Shown here in pieces: positions 59,071-64,000 of a stretch of DNA of 64,000 nucleotides. Below the pieces are notes generated by a model. That model made no database searches, was not told where the DNA came from, and worked only from the letters and a program-made list of their open reading frames with translations. Both the position numbers and the translations under genes were made by a program. Every line of letters begins with the position of its first letter. Position 1 is the stretch's first letter. This DNA is from Candidatus Latescibacterota bacterium. GTDB taxonomy: Bacteria; Latescibacterota; UBA2968; UBA8231. Where the stretch lies: assembly GCA_965215195.1 (NCBI GenBank), contig CBDCDC010000002.1, forward strand, positions 1,792,001 to 1,856,000, in the 5' to 3' direction.

Positions 59071-59785
59071 TTGCACATCAACTATATAGCCCAACCGGAT
59101 ACCCAACTAGGAAACGTTCTGTCGACGATGCTCGATGCCGACCCTCCGGCGTCGAGCATCGTTTTTGTTTCAGCCTTTGCGAGCGTTCAAACCATCATGC
59201 GCGTGAAACGGCAAATCCTTGGGTTGAAAGAAAGCGGCAGCGATATCCGTTTCGTGCTCGGGTGTGCGGGCACGGCGCACAGCGGCGAAGAAGGAGGCTG
59301 CGGCGGACGACCAAACCCGAGGGCTCCTCCTTCCGGCGGCTTTCTATATGACACTTCCTACCTTGCAGGGAGACATTCCTGGAGAGGGGCGCGTCCCGCT
59401 TGAGGCGATTGAACTGGCGAAGGAGTTTTGGGGTTGGCCAGATGAATACGCAAGAGAAGTTAGTACCCAAGGTAAGAGCATCAGGGTGTACTGGAACTGG
59501 CGGCCCAAGTGGAGGGTATGGAGCGTGGAGGCACCCGGTACTATTATCACGCAAGAGGTCCGTATGTACATGTATGAGAACAGCTCGGATTTTCGCTTTT
59601 ATGTGCGTCCTCTAGTCAACGCCGGCGGCAATTTTGGGGATGTTGTGCGCATGCGACGGATCGCCGAACCCGATGCGGAGTACGAATGCGCACTGGCACG
59701 TCAGAATACGCCTGAATATAAAGAGTGGATCAAGGCGTGTACGCAGCCCGTCCGCAGCAGCACAAGGCGCTTTGGCTACGCCTGA
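59071..59785 (+). pseudogene. Internally deleted, frame-broken PLD-family restriction endonuclease
   Basis: N-terminal part SIVFVSAFAS...IRFVLG resembles a PLD nuclease start; the frame shifts near 59262 to a C-terminal domain; no HxK motif; faces a methyltransferase. Confidence 0.6.
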
Positions 59786-59791
59786 GTGCGT

Positions 59792-62617
59792 TTAAGCCTT
59801 CAGGCGCAATACTACATTCTCAGTGATCGCGTTTTTTATATGGACTAAATTTTCTGTCGTTACGGAGATATCGATCCGTTCAATTAGCTCCATTCCGCAT
59901 TGTATTGCGATGTCCTGAACAAAGTCCGTCGTGGGAATTCGCTCGTAAGCGCCTTCTACGCGCATGCGGTTGTCGCCGATGACGATCATAGCTTCGCCAC
60001 TTGGGCGCAGAACGCGACGGCAATTCTTCAGCACCAATGCCATATCCTGAAAGAACCGCTGCAACAGAGCGGGCATATTCTTGCGTCGGAAACCGACATC
60101 TGCTTGGGAAATCCGTGTGTGTAGATCCTGAAGATAGTTACAAACACTTTCGGGCAAGACGCCCTCACTGGCTGCGATGGCCTGCTCCAACCTACGTCGC
60201 TCTTTAGTCGCGATCTCCCGGCTGCCAATAAGGCCCCGTTCAATGGGTCTCCGCGCCGATGAATCCATTCCAAATAGTACAAGGAGCGATAGTCTATCCG
60301 TATCAATATATGGAAGGGCCGTAGCATACGGTGGACTTGTAAGTACAAGATCCACGCTGTTTTCTGTAAGACCGAGGGTTTCGAAAGTCTTTTGAGTGCG
60401 AGCGTCCCCTTCGACAACTCTGCTAGGACAGAACCGATGTGGGGAATAGCCACGCACGGACCAGAACTTCTCAATGCGCGTGTATTGAGCATCGAGGGCC
60501 TCGAGGTACATTTTGAACACATCGGCGTCCGCGATGGGTTCCTTCCGCCGCCGTATCCTCAAGTCGTTTGGAGCCTGCTGCGAAACCTCGCGGATGATGC
60601 TACTCAAAACCACTTCTAGAAAATCCCTTACGACGCCCTCGCTGACCGATCGAATCGCACCAAGCAGCCAGTTTATCTTTGAAATAACTGGAGTGGGAAA
60701 CCACCTATTAATTTCGCTCAGGCAACTTGGATCAAACTGGTCCTCTCCCTCTGCTGGCTTCGCTGGAGCCTCCTCAATCATACCGACTAGGACGCCGAGT
60801 GTTTCTCGCACGATGTCGGGATTTACTTCGAGCATACCTGTCTTTGCCTTGGCGATCTTGGCCGCGAGAGGATTGATGTCGCAACCAAGCGTCCGTTGCC
60901 CATTCAGATAGCCTTCCAAGAGAGTTGTACCGCTTCCGCAGAATGGGTCGAATACGCTGGCTCCCGCACGGAGGGCACAAACATTCATCAACCCCTTGGC
61001 AAGTTGCGGATAGAACTTACCCTTGTAGGGATGCAGGCCATGCGTGGCGTACTTGGGATCTTTGCGGGCCGAAGGTTGTCGTGCGAAGCCGTTTTCGAGG
61101 ATAGCTTGCCACGTAGGCTCACTGTCAAATGCCGTCAGTCCGACTCCGTGAGTAAATACGAGTTGGCGAGCCTTTGTCGCAGAGTAAGGGTCCAATTCTA
61201 GGCTGGGGCCACGGGTTGTTGGAACGCCTAATACAGACTCAATTTCGCGTTTCCTCAACGCGCTTTCGTAGGGCCACAACTTGTACGGGGGAGACGCCAA
61301 CCATACGGATACCTTCTTAGGGGGCTTGCGGATGACGAGGAGTTTCTCGGTGGTAGCCCTCCTCCCAGCAGCCGCAAAGGAACGCTTTGACGAATGGATT
61401 GCTCGCTCTGTGATACAAACACTTTCAAAGCCAATTTTTTCTGCTGAGTCGCTCAATGCCTCTGCCGCCGGATAAAGGACTTTCTTATAGATCGCGTCAC
61501 CTACAATGAGCACGGCATACCTGCCAGGCTTCAAGAGGCGGTGCATCCCCGACAAGCTTTGTTGCATCTCCGCGAGGTACTCATCGAATCCCGAGGCCTC
61601 CTTCTGATGGCGAAGGTGAGATCCAATCTCGATCTTTGCGAGTTCGCGCGGGTTGTATCCCAACCACAGCAGCCGAAAGCGGTGATAAAGGTGGTAGTCT
61701 GTCGCGTTTCCGTAGGGTGGAGACGTAACAATCAGGTCAATGGTCTCAGGCCTGCATACCCCATGTCCCAACTTTCGCGTATCGGCCGTTGTGAAGTTAC
61801 AGACACCGTACCGAAGCACGGCCTGCGTCCTGACTACATTGCGAATGATCCTATCGAGGGCACCGAGGAATCGCTTTAAGGTCTCGCCTTGTGGTATATC
61901 ACGCGGCTTGCTCGCATAGCGAGTCTCAGAGTCTTGGAACGAGGCAGCTAGAACAATACGCGAAAGGGCCAGCAAGGCTATGTCGCGGGCCTTCTCGCGT
62001 TCAATCCGCTCAATGCGCGACCTGATTAACGCCAATTCTCCCCGTGCAGTGCTGGGGAACCACTTATCGATATTGGGTATGTCTGGTATGTATTCGGCAT
62101 TTGCAGCATACAGGGATTTGGCATCGGGAAGGTCGAAGAAGTAGGTAGTCAGGGAACTGCGAATGGTGTGGAGCTCCCTAGCGGCTTTGCGGTCCAAGTT
62201 GCAGGTTTTTACGCGCCCGATTAGGGTGCCCACTGCATTGGCGTCAACACTCAGTGCCCTTCTCCCCAAGCGAACAGCTTCTAGGGCGGTAGTACCGCTG
62301 CCGCCAAAGGGGTCGAGCACTAACTCGCCAGGGAACGATAGCTGAGAGATACAGGTTCCGGGTAGCTGAGGAATGAATTTCGCGGGATATGGATGCAGGT
62401 CATGGGTCAGGAAACCCGTGTTGTCGGTAGTAAACGACCAATCTATCGTCTGGAAGGCATTTGCGACGCGCTCCGCATTTTGGAGATCATCCGGGGAATG
62501 AATCTCTTCGTACTGAGGAAATGCCTCCTCCCAGTCAAGCGCGTATTGGCCCCCTTCTTCTCGAACAAGGGACGCACTAAGCTCCGTTTCATACAGGTAT
62601 CTTCCCTGCCTCGACAT
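59792..62617 (-). CDS. Fused two-domain amino-methyltransferase (probable m4C)
   Basis: Two sets: HPYPAKF/DPFGGSGT/TSPPY and HPYKGKF/DPFCGSGT/TSPPY. Confidence 0.9.
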   Translation of the reverse strand: MSRQGRYLYETELSASLVREEGGQYALDWEEAFPQYEEIHSPDDLQNAERVANAFQTIDWSFTTDNTGFLTHDLHPYPAKFIPQLPGTCISQLSFPGELVLDPFGGSGTTALEAVRLGRRALSVDANAVGTLIGRVKTCNLDRKAARELHTIRSSLTTYFFDLPDAKSLYAANAEYIPDIPNIDKWFPSTARGELALIRSRIERIEREKARDIALLALSRIVLAASFQDSETRYASKPRDIPQGETLKRFLGALDRIIRNVVRTQAVLRYGVCNFTTADTRKLGHGVCRPETIDLIVTSPPYGNATDYHLYHRFRLLWLGYNPRELAKIEIGSHLRHQKEASGFDEYLAEMQQSLSGMHRLLKPGRYAVLIVGDAIYKKVLYPAAEALSDSAEKIGFESVCITERAIHSSKRSFAAAGRRATTEKLLVIRKPPKKVSVWLASPPYKLWPYESALRKREIESVLGVPTTRGPSLELDPYSATKARQLVFTHGVGLTAFDSEPTWQAILENGFARQPSARKDPKYATHGLHPYKGKFYPQLAKGLMNVCALRAGASVFDPFCGSGTTLLEGYLNGQRTLGCDINPLAAKIAKAKTGMLEVNPDIVRETLGVLVGMIEEAPAKPAEGEDQFDPSCLSEINRWFPTPVISKINWLLGAIRSVSEGVVRDFLEVVLSSIIREVSQQAPNDLRIRRRKEPIADADVFKMYLEALDAQYTRIEKFWSVRGYSPHRFCPSRVVEGDARTQKTFETLGLTENSVDLVLTSPPYATALPYIDTDRLSLLVLFGMDSSARRPIERGLIGSREIATKERRRLEQAIAASEGVLPESVCNYLQDLHTRISQADVGFRRKNMPALLQRFFQDMALVLKNCRRVLRPSGEAMIVIGDNRMRVEGAYERIPTTDFVQDIAIQCGMELIERIDISVTTENLVHIKNAITENVVLRLKA

Positions 62618-62734
62618 CGGCTTCCTCCTTTACATTCTGGGAAATAAGGTATGTTCCCAGAATAGTGTCAAATACACCTAGTAGGATTAGAAGTCGAGAA
62701 TAGGAAGCAACCGGCCCCGGCAAGGCCCGGTTTT

Positions 62735-64000
62735 TTAGGCCCTCCAGCCGCGGCCGATCCAAGCCCTTAAATCCATGGCCAAGCTGAGGAAGGTGGGCAC
62801 GAGGAAGAGGGTGAATAACGTGGACAACAGCAGGCCGCCGATGACGACGCTGCCCAAGCCGCGGTAGAGTTCGGAGCCAGCGCCGGGGAAGACGACCAGC
62901 GGCAGCATCCCCAAGGCGCTGGTAATCATGGACATGAAGATCGGCCGTACGCGACTGAAAACCGCGTCGCGGATGGCTTCTTTGAGCGGGGTTTGGGGTG
63001 CGTCGCGCAGGATATTGAGCGTCTGGTGGACGATGAGGATGGCGTTGTTGACCACCACGCCGACGAGGATGACGAAGCCGAGCATGGTGAGGATGTCGAG
63101 CGGCTGATAGGTCAGTGTGCGGTTGACGACCTCCAGCCCGAGAATGCCACCGGCCAGGGCCGGGGGTACGCTGAGCATGATGACGAATGGATAGAGGAAG
63201 CTCTCAAAGAGCGCGGCCATCAGCAGATAGGTAATTGCCAAGGCCAACAGGAAGTTCCACTGGAGGGCTTGGCGGGTGCGCCGCAGGTCGTCGGCCGAGC
63301 CGGAAAGCTCGATTTGGTAGGGCGGGGCCAACTCGCCCGAATCGACGAGGGGGTGGACAATTTGGGCTTGGATAGAGTCGAGGGCCGTCTCCAAGGGAAT
63401 GGTTTCCGGGGGGATGACTTGGACCGTGATGGCCCGGCTGCGCTCGATGTGGTTGATCTGCTCCGGACCGGTGGTTACTTCGACGCGGGCTATGGCGCTG
63501 AGCGGCACCAGTTGGCCGCGCGGGGTGTAGATGGGTAGGGCTTCAATGTCTTGGGTGCGAAACCAATCCTCCTCACCCCGCAGCACCAAGTCGATTTCCT
63601 CGCCTTGGAACTGATAGCCATCGACGAGGGCACCGTCTAATAGCGCGTTGACCGCCGAGCCAATGTCCCGCGCCGAAAGTCCTAAATCGGCGGCGCGCAC
63701 CCGGTCGGGAAGGATGCGGACTTCTGGATTGCCCAAGTCGAGGCTGGGAATGGGACGGGCTTGGGCACCGGGCACAACTTGGCGGACTTGGCCGAAGACG
63801 CGGCCCCCCAGCTCGATGAGGCGGCCCAGATCGGGGCCGGTGATCTCAATGTCGATGGCCCGCCCGCTGCCACCGCCGCGCTGGAAGAGGCTCGACTGCT
63901 GTACAATGGCGAAGGTGCCCGGCACCCCGCCGAAGACCGGCCCTTGGATGATCGGGATCAGCTCGCGCACCCGCGCCGGATCGGCCGAGCGCGCACCCAT
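62735..64000 (-). CDS. AcrB/AcrD/AcrF RND permease, 3' part
   Basis: ALFESFLYP, GVVVNNAIL, RVRPIFM, LYRGLG; runs off the window. Confidence 0.92.
   Translation of the reverse strand: MGARSADPARVRELIPIIQGPVFGGVPGTFAIVQQSSLFQRGGGSGRAIDIEITGPDLGRLIELGGRVFGQVRQVVPGAQARPIPSLDLGNPEVRILPDRVRAADLGLSARDIGSAVNALLDGALVDGYQFQGEEIDLVLRGEEDWFRTQDIEALPIYTPRGQLVPLSAIARVEVTTGPEQINHIERSRAITVQVIPPETIPLETALDSIQAQIVHPLVDSGELAPPYQIELSGSADDLRRTRQALQWNFLLALAITYLLMAALFESFLYPFVIMLSVPPALAGGILGLEVVNRTLTYQPLDILTMLGFVILVGVVVNNAILIVHQTLNILRDAPQTPLKEAIRDAVFSRVRPIFMSMITSALGMLPLVVFPGAGSELYRGLGSVVIGGLLLSTLFTLFLVPTFLSLAMDLRAWIGRGWRA

Noticed and set aside
62709-62736. Terminator after the RND gene
   Set aside because: The T-run is on the wrong strand for the minus-strand gene and the stem is weak.

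Overview
GC-rich bacterial chromosomal window. The BamD, CpoB and TonB genes indicate a diderm, and a C-terminal SWGQVK motif plus a PNPFN FlgD-Ig tail suggest an FCB-type lineage such as Latescibacterota (inference). Housekeeping content: thrC, nadD, bamD, cpoB, an rfaE2-like gene, three tRNAs, acs, a glycogen debranching enzyme, a cobalamin-riboswitch-led B12 uptake operon, galM, a sugar ABC transporter, PolX-PHP, a CysQ/IMPase gene and part of an RND pump. Three accessory blocks stand out. (1) 534-11747, next to tRNA-Arg, is a restriction-like defence operon (DUF1156 methyltransferase, HEPN-DUF499 ATPase, SNF2-DUF3883) with embedded MNT and UPF0175/PIN genes. (2) 25510-39722 is a visibly more AT-rich, co-oriented 8-gene operon: a Zn-ribbon/beta-rich protein, a membrane vWA protein, a membrane trypsin-like protease, a 1.15k-aa tubulin-like GTPase, a Zn-ribbon/Ig/Hsp70 fusion, a coiled-coil GrpE-like protein and a ZorA/ZorB-like motor pair with no Zorya nuclease. 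This is the best candidate for an undescribed system. (3) 59071-62617 holds a fused double SPPY methyltransferase facing an internally deleted PLD-type nuclease. One REP-like double hairpin occurs inside two different MITE types and also in frame inside the DUF1156 gene. All calls come from reading motifs by eye; no searches were run.
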